The notes beneath the pieces are model-generated. The model was not told the origin of the DNA. It made no database searches and was given only the letters and a program-made list of their open reading frames with translations. The translations under genes and the position numbers were made by a program. Positions 52,504 to 64,000 of a stretch of DNA of 64,000 nt are shown piece after piece. Source of the stretch: Chara braunii (lineage: Eukaryota; Plantae; Charophyceae); contig BFEA01000011.1 of the NCBI GenBank assembly GCA_003427395.1, positions 1,871,550 through 1,935,549 on the forward strand, given 5' to 3'. Every line of letters starts with the position of its first letter. Position 1 is the stretch's first letter.

Positions 52504-52532
52504 TTGACATAATTGCAGTGTTGTGCTAAGCT
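52504..52532 (+). promoter_or_regulatory. Plastid-type sigma70 promoter relic upstream of trnF
   Basis: TTGACA (52504-09), 17-nt spacer ending TGn, TAAGCT (52527-32), 11 nt before the tRNA. Confidence 0.6.
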
Positions 52533-52543
52533 AACTCAATAAA

Positions 52544-52617
52544 GCCGGGATAGCTCAGTAGGTTAGAGCAGAGGACTGAAAATCCTCGTGTCACCAGTTC
52601 ACATCTGGTTCCTATGA
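52544..52617 (+). pseudogene. trnF: Plastid-type tRNA-Phe(GAA) pseudogene (nuclear plastid DNA insertion)
   Basis: GCCGGGATAGCTCAG...GAGGACTGAAAATCCTCGTGTCACCAGTTCAcATCTGGTTCCT closely matches chloroplast trnF-GAA. The T-loop is altered and the 3' acceptor strand ends ATG instead of GGC. Confidence 0.88.
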
Positions 52618-52686
52618 GATAAGACAGTAGAAATAATGACACAGTGTCTGCTCACAAACCGAACATAAATAGAGAGAAATTGGCAG

Positions 52687-52726
<40 letters not shown>

Positions 52727-52771
52727 NNNNNNNNNNNNNNNNNNNNNNNNNNNNNNNNNNNNNNNNNNNNN

Positions 52772-52806
<35 letters not shown>

Positions 52807-53260
52807 GCGCGCGCGCACGCACGCGCATGCACGCGCACACTCGTCCGTGCACACTATTGTAGATATGTCCCACAGCACGTACGCATACTGACTTACCTGT
52901 CTCCTGGCATCCACGCAATATCTACGACTGGACCAACGTAAGAAAACACTCGAGAGTTGTAACAGGAATTATGTTGGAAAGGTTTGTCACGCAGAAGGTA
53001 AGGCAAGACAACATGAATGTAAACCACCACTTGAAGTGTCTACTGTGGGTGGGTGTGAGCCTGCTGCTGTCTCCCACCTGCAAATCCCTTTGCAGTCCAA
53101 TCTGCTGGTGAAGAGATGCACATGGCAAGCTCATAACCAAACTGTCTCCAGCTTTTTCCTAGCATTTGTTTCCCGTACGAGGACACAACCATGCTCGAAT
53201 CCCACACCGTATACGACCATGCACCAAGCGCATATGAATGCCAGCAAATCACAATTACTT

Positions 53261-55108
53261 CTATCGAGGTATTTGCTTTCGGCGGCTCCACCCCATCACA
53301 ACCCACAAGAGATCTAGCAGGCACAGTTTTGACACCGCAATTGCTGCCAGTACACCTCCTAAGAAAGCACCCACCATACCGGTCACCAGCACATCTTGGC
53401 CTGCAAGGAACAGCCCTTTCACCGCTGTGGTGGGTCCCAAGAATTTCTGGATGCGTGGCAAGAACCTCTGCGGCCGCGATGCCAGCCCATATGACATGCC
53501 CCTTTCCACTGCGAAGAAATCACCATCGCTTACCTTCCATGGCACCTTCCACGGCACAGAAACATCAACAAACTCAACCTTCCGCCGCAGCAACGGATAT
53601 AATTCGAACAGCTTTACTAGCAGCGCTGCTGCGAGGTTCGTCTTCAGATTGTCAATGGTACCCCCCCTACTTTCCCCTGCTGACCATGCTTCCAACCACT
53701 TGCCGTCCACTGTGGCAAGGACGCAACAGGTGGACCTGTTTCCATGCCGTGCCATGTAATTTAGATCCTTGGCTGATGGGAACGAGATCGTCAGACAATC
53801 GACCGGCAGTAGCCCCTCCTCTAAGCAGGCCCCTGTACTCTCTCCATCGCTCGAACTATGAGAGCAATTGCCTTCTACAAGTCCATTGGCATCAACAAAA
53901 CTCCAGGTATGCTCCCCGTCCTTCGATTCCCCCGGGCTTCCCCCCCTCCCTATACTTCGCCTTTCCATCAGTCCACCTTCACTGCCTTCGAGCTCCACTA
54001 GAATCTTCTCTTTGTAATTATGCGAACAGTGCACACGAGTATTGTGCCCTGGCAAGTCTAGTTCAGAGTGACTTCCTCTCAGACCCACAAACATTGTTAT
54101 GACAACTTTGGATGGTCCAACATCTTGATGTAACATGGCGATTGCATCTCCGACCCCCAGAGCCCTCCGTGATTCCTCATCGAGTAAAGTCTCATAGGTT
54201 GGCAGTGCCCCAATGCCACTGACGATGCAGTTGCATCTTATGTGAACCACCTCGCCCTGTACGGTAGTCAATCGCAGTCCCACAACTGTCTTCTTTAGGT
54301 TGTCAACAAGAATGTGCTGTACGTGGGCACGCTGGAGAACCTTCCCTCCCGCACGCTCTATCTGCGATACCAGGGCTTTTGGAATTGACCCAATTCCCTT
54401 CTGTGGGTAGAAAGCCCCCTTGCAAACACTCAGTAAGGAAAAGAAGGCGACAAAGAAAGAGGACTCCTTTGGTGGAAGTCCATACTCAAACCATTGAGAT
54501 GTCAAGACTCCAGTGAGGCGTTCATCCTCTGTGAACTGTCGGAGCATATCGTACGTTGTTGACAGACCAACGTCGCAAACTGGACTGAGGAACAACCGCG
54601 CAATGCTGTCAAAGTGGTCTCTTACCCACCTCGGCAACATCTTCCATACACAAAGCCCAGCAAACGCTGCACCAACTTCTCTGCTTAACTCAAAGATGGA
54701 TTGAATTGATGCACTTTCGCTGGGAAACTTCGTTTCCAGATCTCGCTGAAGCGTGCTCAATGCTTCCTTGAAAGCAAATTCCTCCTCGTCATCCTGAAAT
54801 ACCACTTTGTCATAACAGTCAGAACGAGGGGGCACCCATTCAACGCCCCAGCCAAGTAACGCGTTGAACAGTCTCCCGATTGGAGCAGAAGGGTCTGCCA
54901 GGCTGCCAGGTACATATTGAAACCCAGAGTCAAACTGAAACCCCCTGTTCACAAAAGATTGTGCACATCCACCAGAAGCCGCATCTCGGTCCAAGACGAG
55001 AACCCTTTTTCCAACACGGGCCAAGCACGCAGCTGCACTCAGACCACCCAGCCCGGAGCCAATCACTACCACATCCAGCTTCGACGGGACTGCATCCATG
55101 CTGAAGAC
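53261..55108 (-). CDS. RETSAT: Exon 2 (615 aa plus stop) of an all-trans-retinol 13,14-reductase (retinol saturase)-like FAD oxidoreductase, CrtI/CRTISO superfamily
   Basis: VPSKLDVVVIGSGLGGL Rossmann motif, FQFDSGFQYV, YGLPPKESSF, GAFYPQKG, ISFPSAKD, GMSYGL, GLFLAGQD. The frame is intact and preceded by the acceptor ttgcag in phase 0. The symbol denotes similarity, not proven orthology. Confidence 0.9.
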   Translation of the reverse strand, partial: VFSMDAVPSKLDVVVIGSGLGGLSAAACLARVGKRVLVLDRDAASGGCAQSFVNRGFQFDSGFQYVPGSLADPSAPIGRLFNALLGWGVEWVPPRSDCYDKVVFQDDEEEFAFKEALSTLQRDLETKFPSESASIQSIFELSREVGAAFAGLCVWKMLPRWVRDHFDSIARLFLSPVCDVGLSTTYDMLRQFTEDERLTGVLTSQWFEYGLPPKESSFFVAFFSLLSVCKGAFYPQKGIGSIPKALVSQIERAGGKVLQRAHVQHILVDNLKKTVVGLRLTTVQGEVVHIRCNCIVSGIGALPTYETLLDEESRRALGVGDAIAMLHQDVGPSKVVITMFVGLRGSHSELDLPGHNTRVHCSHNYKEKILVELEGSEGGLMERRSIGRGGSPGESKDGEHTWSFVDANGLVEGNCSHSSSDGESTGACLEEGLLPVDCLTISFPSAKDLNYMARHGNRSTCCVLATVDGKWLEAWSAGESRGGTIDNLKTNLAAALLVKLFELYPLLRRKVEFVDVSVPWKVPWKVSDGDFFAVERGMSYGLASRPQRFLPRIQKFLGPTTAVKGLFLAGQDVLVTGMVGAFLGGVLAAIAVSKLCLLDLLWVVMGWSRRKQIPR

Positions 55109-56240
55109 CTGCAACAATGGGAACCAGTGCCATCATAACCACCAAAACAGTCAGTCAGTCAGTCACGCAGGCAGAGGGGCAGAATCGGACAGGCACAGAA
55201 AGGTGTGGGTGGAGGAACGCAGAGGTTCACCCAAAACTACATCCCACCTACAAACTACTGAGATCAGAACATCATCCGCAGGACACGGCATGTCAGACAG
55301 ACAGACAGAGACACACAAGCGCAAAAGGGAAGTATCAGGGAGGCCAGCAATTATGATCGGGTGCATCTCTCTACAGCAAACAGTGCATCTCTCTACAGCA
55401 AACGATATCCATAGGGCCTCGCTCCACTGCAGAACATTCTAAACGTATCTGGACCTGATAGTAGTCGCAATGTATCCCAAATGTTCGATCAGTCCGAATG
55501 TATCTGGTCCGCAAATAATCCAGATACGTCTCACATCTTGAGCAGCGCAGCAAGGTCCATAGTTGGGAAAATTTTCGAGCACAAGCTCGGTGGCGCATTT
55601 TGAAAGTGCTGGACCCTACCAAATCCAATGATGGAGAGTTAAATCAGGCCCGGTCTGAAGGCCACCAGAGATATACACTAGGTAAGGAGCTTTTCCGAAT
55701 GATAACCACAACTGCAAACACAATGTTATATTTAGGAGAGAAGCATATAAACCGCCCGCTCAGGATTGACAGTGCATAGACTAGCCGGTCAGGCTTATTT
55801 TAATCCGCATTCATGTATTTTTCTTGAATTCCATGTACTTCACGTACTGTGGGACGCTGGACCTGGTTTCCAGCAGGTGCAGCTCCCCACCAATAGATGG
55901 AGCATTGGTCTTTCACAAAAGGAAAAAAAAAAGGATGCACCTGGATGTAACCAAGAAAAAAGTGACACACCTGGATGCGCAGATGCGCGAGTGCATGATC
56001 TGCACACATGTGTGCAGTCTGAGAGGTGGGTTTGTCCTCCGAAAATGTAGAACAGAGTGCTCTGGCCTTCACACATTATTTAATCACTTCACATAGCAAC
56101 CTTTTTTCAATTATTACTATAAATTCTGGATCGAATGATTTTTACTTTTATTTCTAGTTTCTGTTTTGAGCGTAACAACCATAACACTCCAATTTGAGGA
56201 AAGACAGTAGATCGTGCCACGAGGTGGACAGAGACCCACC

Positions 56241-56352
56241 ACTCTACATCCTACCTGTGCCAATGAGACCCGGGCGCAGCCGGCTGCGGGGAGTGTGCAA
56301 GAGCGACCAACATTGCTTCTTGTATGCGTGTACGACCAGTGTCGGACACGAT

Positions 56353-56400
<48 letters not shown>

Positions 56401-56525
56401 CCCTCCACATCCTACCTATGTAAACGAGAGCGGAGCGCAGCCAGCTTCGGGGAGTGCAAGAGTGACCGATATTGCTGCTCCTTGTATGCATGTACGACTG
56501 GCATTGTCGACCAGTGTCGCAGACG

Positions 56526-56597
<72 letters not shown>

Positions 56598-56598
56598 N

Positions 56599-56662
<64 letters not shown>
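56241..56662. repeat. Two tandem ~110-bp units, each ending in (TC)n(CA)n
   Basis: acatcctacct...gtgcaagag(c/t)gacc...gaccagtgtcg..acgattctctc occurs twice. Confidence 0.75.
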
Positions 56663-56665
<3 letters not shown>

Positions 56666-57818
56666 AGACAGACACAATGTACTTGCTGTTCACGTTTTCC
56701 TAGTTATTTTGTTCAGCGTCCCTTGAAAACCGTCGTCCATCAAATCCCCTTCCTGTGGATGCGCGTCACCATCCCGCATTAGTATCAGCACCATCATCAC
56801 TGCCATCGGCTCCCTCATTCATTCTACGCCAACAATTCACAGAATCCTGTTCACTTTCAAACGGACATCCTTCCCTACTCGCGCTAACCACCTGAGCAGC
56901 CAGCGTCCGTCTGCGAGTGGCCGGATCCGTCGTGTTACCCCCGACGCCCGGGCGTGACAAAAGTCCTGACTGCACAAAAGGGGTACCTCACTAATGCAAC
57001 CATTAGAGATCGTCCGCCGTCCGGGCTGGCGTGGCAGGCAGCGACGGCAGGTAGGTCTCGCAATCGCGCTCAAGAATGAATCAAACGATATCGTTGCAAG
57101 CGTGTCCACCCATCATTGCTTGATCGAAGGGCAGCACTGGCTGGCTGATCGAGAGGGTGTGGACAAGGGGTCGTGTCTGGCGTCCCTGAGCGACCAAGCC
57201 CCTATTGGCTCAGAGCAGTTGGAAATGCAATCAAGAATCGAGCTGTGCACGTGCGGTCAGCCATTCATTGGATCGGCTCAGAGCAGTTGGAAAATGCAAT
57301 CAAGAATCGAGCTATGAATGGCGATTGACTCAAACGTAACTACTATACTAAAGATGTGCGAACATATCCATCGACGACTGATTGCCAAACGCAATTGACA
57401 GATTGCGCACAAAGTCGCAATTTTCACAATAACCAGACGTTGTTTGATAGCGCTCGTGAGCGCGCGCGCTCAAGCGTTGTCTTCGGTCAAGGTCCGCCGG
57501 CGCAAGAGACTCTTTCCTTGCTCATTAGCAAGAGCACTCTAAATCACAGTGATAGATGGATTTGATAGATTGATTACCAAGGTCCGTCGGCGCAAGAGAC
57601 TCTCCGTTCATTAGATAGATGATCATTGCAAGGCAAGCCAAGTGTGAAAAGAGCACACACAAAGCCAAACGTCAGTACAAGGAACGGGATCAAGACAAGA
57701 GGTATATGAATATGCAACACTGAGCGCAGTCAGCTCGTAAAATAAAACACTCAATCAAGCTGACGGAATCGAAGTAGGCACAGCGCGTCATAGGCACACT
57801 AAGGAACAAGCTGGCAAG

Positions 57819-57870
57819 ACTCCCGACACCTGTTTCGGCCGGTTCGCCAATACCGGCCATCATCAGGAGT
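57819..57870 (-). ncRNA. Minimal type I hammerhead ribozyme motif (Penelope/retrozyme-like)
   Basis: Minus strand: ACUC-CUGAUGA-U-GGCCGGU-auuggcga-ACCGGCC-GAA-ACA-gg-UGU-C/GGGAGU. The core is complete, with a 7-bp stem II, a tiny stem III and a GUC cleavage triplet. Stem I is imperfect. Confidence 0.8.
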
Positions 57871-60180
57871 ATGCGCTCGATTGATTGATTGATTGATTGA
57901 TTGCTTACCAGGGTCCGCCGGCGCGAAAGTCAGGCGATGTAGGTAGCAACGATGCTACTAATCGTTTTCATTGATCCACCTTCCGCTCCAAAATCAGGCA
58001 TTGATTGATTTGACGATTTCATTAATTTGATTGATTTGATTGATTGATTCTATTTGATGTGATTGATTGGTTGATTGATTTGATTGCTTGATCTGATTCC
58101 TTTGATTGATTGATTTGATTGATTGATTTGATTGACTAATTGATTGAACACGAGCGCAAGCCCGATCCAGCATTCATTACCTGAGGGCCGCGAAAATGCG
58201 GGCAAAAGAACAAAAAATTGCACGCAATGTTAATCTATACAGTCCACGAAACGCGAGTGAGCTGTCCCGCAGCGAAAGTGCAGGCAATGAATTATGCTTC
58301 AGGAAACGCGAGTGCGCTGTCCCGCAAAATGACGTACAAACCACGAGCGCCCAAGGCACTACTGGACTGTGAATTTTTAGTTATTAATCCAGGCGGCCGT
58401 GAATCTGATAAGGATCTTGGTCGGGCGCGCGAAAGTTCAGCCGTCAATGGGTAAGCGCGCGATTTGGCATCTAATGCGCATTTCCACTGAAAAACTGATG
58501 GGTGAGGAGCGCGCGCGCACACAGTTCATATTGAGGAACCCAAACTGATTGACTGTAAGCGCGCGCGCACGTGTGCTGCTGGTCATTTCTTAACTGACGG
58601 CTAGCGCAGAGCATCTCCCGGACTGATTGATTTTAACCGACTGGCGGCACACTGCAATCGTGCCCGACCAGACCTTGAGCCTCGCTCCACTACTCTCGAC
58701 ACGCACAAAAGGCAAAACATATGGCGACGTATCTTTCCCAGTTCTAGGGCAAGATTCATTCTCATTTTGCACATTTCAAGAGTACTAGAGCGAGGCCCTT
58801 TCTCCCGCACCGCCACGCGATCGGCCTTTTTTTCGACCAATGCATAACGCCCAGGGATTTGTTGATTGTGGAACGGTGAGGTTATATCCCTCCGGCACTT
58901 TATTGGTTTTTTCATCCCATTCTTATCAGGAGATGACAGCAACAAATATCCTTCCCGGCCTTCCTCGCTCCTCTTTCGACCGCCTTCGGTCATGGCCGGG
59001 TGTAAGCTGCCAATGGCCCTCGCTCCACTACACAACACTCTAGATGCATTTGGATGCTTTCTGAGCCATGTGCATTTTGACGTTGACAACGGTTTGAATG
59101 TCTATGGTCCAGAAAGAGTTCACATGCATGTGGAGTGTTGTGTAGTGGAGCGACGCCCAATATCGCCAGTGTCAACATAGCGCTTGAGTAGTACCACCGT
59201 ACCCACCTTATGTCTTCCGTCTATCAACCGCCTGGCAGCTAAGGGGAAACGAACAGAGTCGAGCAATGAGAAAAGGAGAACAGAGAGGACAAGCGCTCGT
59301 TGCCTCATCGCGATCCTGGTAGGTAGGTTTTGACTGTCTCGCCAAGTGGCAAGTTGGAGGGGCAGAGGGAGAGGAATGGAAAGGCGGGAAAAGAGGGAGG
59401 GAGGAAGAACGGGAGATAGAAGACGGAACGAGGAAACAGCAAGGGAGAAGAAAGGGTAAAGACAATACGGAGAGAGCAATGGCACGGAGAGAGGACGATG
59501 AGAAAAGCAAGAAAAAAAGGGAGGACGGGGAGGAGAGTCAAGGGCGGAGGGAGGGCGGGAGACCGAGAAAGGGGAATGAGGAGGGGGGGGCGGGGCGCAA
59601 TGGATGATGGAAGGGGTCCACCATGATATGATCAAGCGCGGAGAGAGAGGGGGAGGATAGGCGGGAGACAGCAGGTACCCGTCGCCGGGGGGACTTAAAG
59701 GTGAGCGAGACCGGGAGAAAGAAGAGGAGCGGAGGAAGGATGGGGAAAGAGGACAATGTCACATATGAAAGACTGAAAGAGGGCGAGAACAGCGCCGCTG
59801 CGCCGCTGAGAGAAGACGAAGAGAAAGGGAAGGGAGAGCAGTCGATTACAAACTGGATACAGGGGAAAAGTGAAGGAGAGGTGCGACAGAAAGGGCCATC
59901 AAAGAGAAGAGATGAGCGAGAGCGATGAAGAGGGGCGCCGGGGGAGGGGTTGGGAGCAGAGAGAACAGGCCACCTAAAAGACAGAAGAGAACGAGAACAG
60001 TAGCTAGAATCAGAAGAAAAAGTGATGGAGAGAAAGGGAAAATGAAGACGAAAAGATCACGAAGGAGAAACGAAGAAAATCGGGAGAGAGAGAAGAGCGG
60101 CAGGGGGAGGCGGGGAAAGTAACAAGGAGAGGGAGAGAGAGAGAGACAGCGAGAGAGTAGAGTAGCCACAGAAAGCTAAC

Positions 60181-60330
60181 CTGAGTCCCAAGCTCCTCTT
60201 CCGAAGAAATGGCCACAATCTTAGGCTTCGAGAAGAGCCGCCAAACGATTAGCAATACGCAAAGTAATCCAACGCCGGCTACACCAGCGATCATCGTCGA
60301 CGAGGACGTAAGAACAATCCATGGTGACAT
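60181..60330 (-). CDS. RETSAT: Predicted exon 1 (50 aa, N-terminal membrane anchor) of the RETSAT-like gene
   Basis: ATG at 60330. MSPWIV...IAGVAGVGLLCVLLIVWRLFSKPK...ELGTQ is followed by the donor CAG|GTTAGC in phase 0, compatible with the acceptor at 55109. This gives 665 aa and a 5072-bp intron. Confidence 0.7.
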
Positions 60331-61248
60331 TTTACCCCCAGATTTTGCACCATTCAAATGCCCCACAGCCACTGCTAAGTCAAGTGCCACCTGTGCGTGC
60401 AATGGCTTTTTCGACAATGCATTGGGCCGCCTGGCACCACCACTCCACGATATCCCGCGAAACTAACCGATGTTGCACTACCACTCCCTTCTAGTAAGCT
60501 CCTCCCTCTACTAGTCTAACGACGAGCCTCTTTCTCAGCGCCGCCTCATACTTACGTTCCTCAGCTACTTACCCACCACATTCTTCCGCTAAGCTAACGT
60601 CTTCTGCTACGCCTTCCGTTCTGCAACCTACCCATCTAGTATCTAGTATCTTCTTCTGCACCAACCTCGAAGCAGTGTCGTTGTCCTCGCAAACAATGTC
60701 GTCCTAACGATAGCCTTCCTAGCAAGCAAGCAGATTTCCTACTTCAAGCTACTTGTCCCTGTTGAAACACACGCTTTCCTTTGAGAATTACTTGTCGGAT
60801 TCAATCCCACTTTCTCCCCGCCGACCTCTGCTCCTACGTGAGCCTTTCCTATCCCCCCGGCTACCACATCCACATCCGTTGATTGACTGCTTGAGATCTG
60901 TTGATTGATGTGTAGAATCTCTTCGCCTCCTATTGTATGCATCCCTTGATTCACGGAATTGCTTGATTGTGGTGAGGGCTTTGCTTTCGCAAGTTACCTC
61001 ATTTTTGTTCTCGAGGGGCTTTATTGATTCCAGGGAGAAATTCCTTTCTCTCTAAACCGTCCTCCTTGCTACATCCAATTTTCCTCCTAATTAACCCCTC
61101 CCCCCTCCTTCCTCCTAGCCGGCATTTCTCCACTAACCCCTCACCTCCTTGGTGATCCCCTCCTCCTAATTCATTCCTTAGCCATCGATGGCCGTTCCTT
61201 AGACTTCCCTTCCCTCTCTTGGGCGCTTCCTTCACCTTAGCACATACC

Positions 61249-61301
61249 GATACGGTAACCGTTTAAAAAAATATCAAAAAAAAAAAAAAGATACGGTAAC
61301 C
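61249..61301 (+). mobile_element. 29-bp poly(A)-rich insert with a 12-bp target-site duplication (extremely truncated retro-insertion)
   Basis: GATACGGTAACC-gtttaaaaaaatatcaaaaaaaaaaaaaa-GATACGGTAACC. Confidence 0.65.
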
Positions 61302-62215
61302 CCTACCTACCTCCCTGCCGTTTTCTCGGCTGGCTAGCTACCGCCTTCTGATTCCAATACCGTTCATTAAGTAAAGGGAAAATTACTGAAAGCATTCTCC
61401 TATGCCCAGTCGACTGAAAGCATTCTCCTATGCCCAGTCGACCAAAGTTCGGCCAAGCCAGCCCCTAAGCGGGGCACAGATTGAAGGAGGGGTACCTCAT
61501 TGGCCCCTAAGAAGCTACCGTAGTCGTCGCAGAGAGGTCGAAGGAGACATAGCATGGACAGTCATACTCCAGAACTCCAGAAAGAAGAATAAACACCTGC
61601 TGAGGCCATGTTAGGGCCAATCAGGACCGCCGTCCCTAATTTCGACATATTCGTCATCTATCAGTGAGAAGAGAAATGGGGGGAAGGGGCGGGGAAAGGG
61701 GGGGGAAAGGAAGAAGTACAAGGTTTCACTAAGAGGACGCGGTACGCGTGAGGGGAGAGGTGCACAGAGGCCAAGGATTTCCCAACACATTGCAAAGCAC
61801 ATCTAACAGAGAAATAGGCAGACCAACTGGGCATGCAGCGAGCGGCCAACAACAGCTAATTAGACCATAATAACAGCTAAATCATAGACGGGGAGAGAGA
61901 AAATAATTAAGAAGGCCAGGCAGGAGAGTCACTAAGCCAATCAATCTGATTAATCAAACTCGTAGATAGAATGTCAACAATGGAACAGCTGACTCTATAA
62001 GTGCTTGACTCAACTGATCAATTCGTTCCAAATCAATTGGTCAGCGACTGCAGGACGAACGATCTAGCCTTTCACAATCACTTCCAGTCAATCCGCGTAC
62101 AAAGGAGTCTGCCTGTTCGGAACATCAGGAGAGAAGTCGTCCACGACTACACGCAACACACGCTCTTACGGGCATTTCAGGTTCTAGAAAAGAGAACAAA
62201 ACACGTACACAGAGC

Positions 62216-62248
62216 TCGCTCTCTCTCTCTCGCTCTCTCTCTATCTCC

Positions 62249-62334
<86 letters not shown>

Positions 62335-62335
62335 N

Positions 62336-62426
<91 letters not shown>

Positions 62427-62450
62427 GATCTCTCTCTAGATCTCTCTCTC
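62216..62450. repeat. Long (CT)n microsatellite (one of many CT, CA, GAA, TTA and GATT tracts in the window)
   Basis: Directly visible. Confidence 0.95.
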
Positions 62451-63922
62451 GATCGATCGATCGACCGACCTATTTACCAATCTACCTATTGAGCTATCTA
62501 CTCCTCTAGCTATCTGTCAAACTAGCGGCCATTTTCTGTATCTGCCAATTTCTCTACGCCAATCAATGAATCCCCAACGCCCGGTTTGTGTGTGCGTATG
62601 TCCGCCCACATATAGGTCTTACTGTTACCTATCACGCCCTAATATATTACTCTTTCCTCGACTTATTCCTCCCGCGCTTTTCCATTTCCATTCACCACAG
62701 TCGAGTCCTCCTGCACTATTTATCGCCTCTTTGTCCCTGCTGATGTTATCACATTCTGCCTTCTCTTGTCCCCTATTACTTCACCAGGCGCCTTCTTCTG
62801 GCCCTTCAAGCCAGTCCTTGATCCCTTAACACGGTAACCCTCAGATCTTCTTATCGCCATCCCTCGACCGTCTTCGTAAGCATCCTTCTATTTCTTGTTA
62901 ACCTCACGTACACCATCTCTTCTGCTACCCCTTTGACACAGAAGCGGAAAGAGATGGGGTAGATAGGCGTCACCAATTCTCACTCTTTTCGCCGAATCTC
63001 CCTGTGATGGCGCGGGTCCTCCACGAGACCCGCCGCAGAAACGCCGCCAATGGAAATGCGTGCCCTACTCAATAGTGAGGCCAGTGTCGTCCTCGCACAG
63101 CAAGCTGACGCGGCGAGGGACAAAGATCACACGCGCACCTCTCAAGATTTCGGCGTGTGGTCTAATTAGTGCCGCCACGAGATCCTTAGAAGCAGTCACA
63201 GAGTTAATCAACGATCCGAAGATATTCCACTGACAGATACGGTGACGCCCTCGATCGACGCCAGAAGCGACAGCTATGGTGGTGAGCTCCCCCGAGAACC
63301 CAGTCGTCGATGCGAGAAACGGCAGCTATGGCAGAAGCTTGTAATGATTCCACGTCCAGTAGCCGAAGCTCCGCCAGCCGAATTTTCCCACGCCGCTTGC
63401 GCGCCGTCCTCCATCTGTCGCCGTGCGTCACGCGCCAAGCCTCAAACTCTTCCCTTCGTTGATCGCAAACGTAATCATGAGCATGAGCGGGAAAAGCAAT
63501 GGCCAGTGCCCCCAACGCCCAACGACCGAAACAACCGTGTGAATTTGCCTCCCCAGCCGTCCTGTCTGCCCACCTACGTTCTCAGCCTGGCGTCTCAACG
63601 GTCCGCATCTGCTATCATCACCAGCTTCCTCATGGCGCCGGGGTTGCGTTTCCCCCCGACCGTCAATCGAATTTCAACGTCGGTGGTCGTCGGGAGGATG
63701 GGCATTTTGAGGTTTTGGGGCCTTTCAAGTTCAAGGGCCAGGACCGCGTACGACCGGTAGCTGCCCGTAGGAGGCCGAGGAGGCAGCGGTAGCCTTTTTC
63801 GAAATTGAAAACGCACGGGTCCACTTTTCTCGAATAGCAGAGCCCGCGAATACAAACGTATTGTCTACCGCGTGGGCGCGCAGCCCTGAGGTAGCCAAAT
63901 CAATGAGACTAAGAGCTAACAC

Positions 63923-63963
<41 letters not shown>

Positions 63964-64000
63964 TCCATTTATTGTTACCAGTGTGAGAGAGAGAAAGAAA

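Noticed and set aside
53191-54102. 303-aa plus-strand ORF
   Set aside because: Antisense shadow of the RETSAT-like exon, with no independent motif.
63204-63922. GC-rich ORFs at the window end
   Set aside because: No recognisable domain and overlapping frames on both strands. It could be an exon or TE fragment, but this cannot be supported.

Overview
Eukaryotic nuclear DNA, very rich in repeats, with assembly gaps. It is probably from a streptophyte green alga such as Chara; this is an inference from the plastid-type tRNA insert, the iMet-primed chromovirus, the Chlamys/Naiad-type Penelope element, the long intron and the dense microsatellites. (1) 1-~26,000 holds two diverged head-to-tail copies of a ~13-kb composite unit. 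Each carries tRNA-like fragments, a 3' 18S rRNA fragment, microsatellites, a ~121-bp-period array of two alternating hairpins with compensatory substitutions, and decayed ORFs of unknown family. About 3.4 kb of the two copies looks identical down to isolated Ns, probably an assembly artefact. (2) 26,175-36,330 holds a decayed, apparently intron-containing Penelope-like retroelement (minus strand) bounded by (GT)n tracts, plus the 5' part of a second family member. (3) 37,117-38,058 is a TTAA-flanked MITE inserted into a palindrome. (4) 39,519-49,548 is a decayed Ty3/Gypsy chromovirus nested in an L1/Tx1-like LINE remnant and itself interrupted by a DNA transposon with an 8-bp TSD. (5) A foldback MITE and a plastid trnF-GAA insertion with its promoter follow. 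(6) The only clearly intact host gene is a two-exon retinol-saturase-like FAD oxidoreductase (60,330 to 53,261, minus strand), whose 5-kb intron contains a sense-oriented minimal hammerhead ribozyme in a small unit flanked by (GATT)n. Most short ORFs in the track are microsatellite or gap artefacts.
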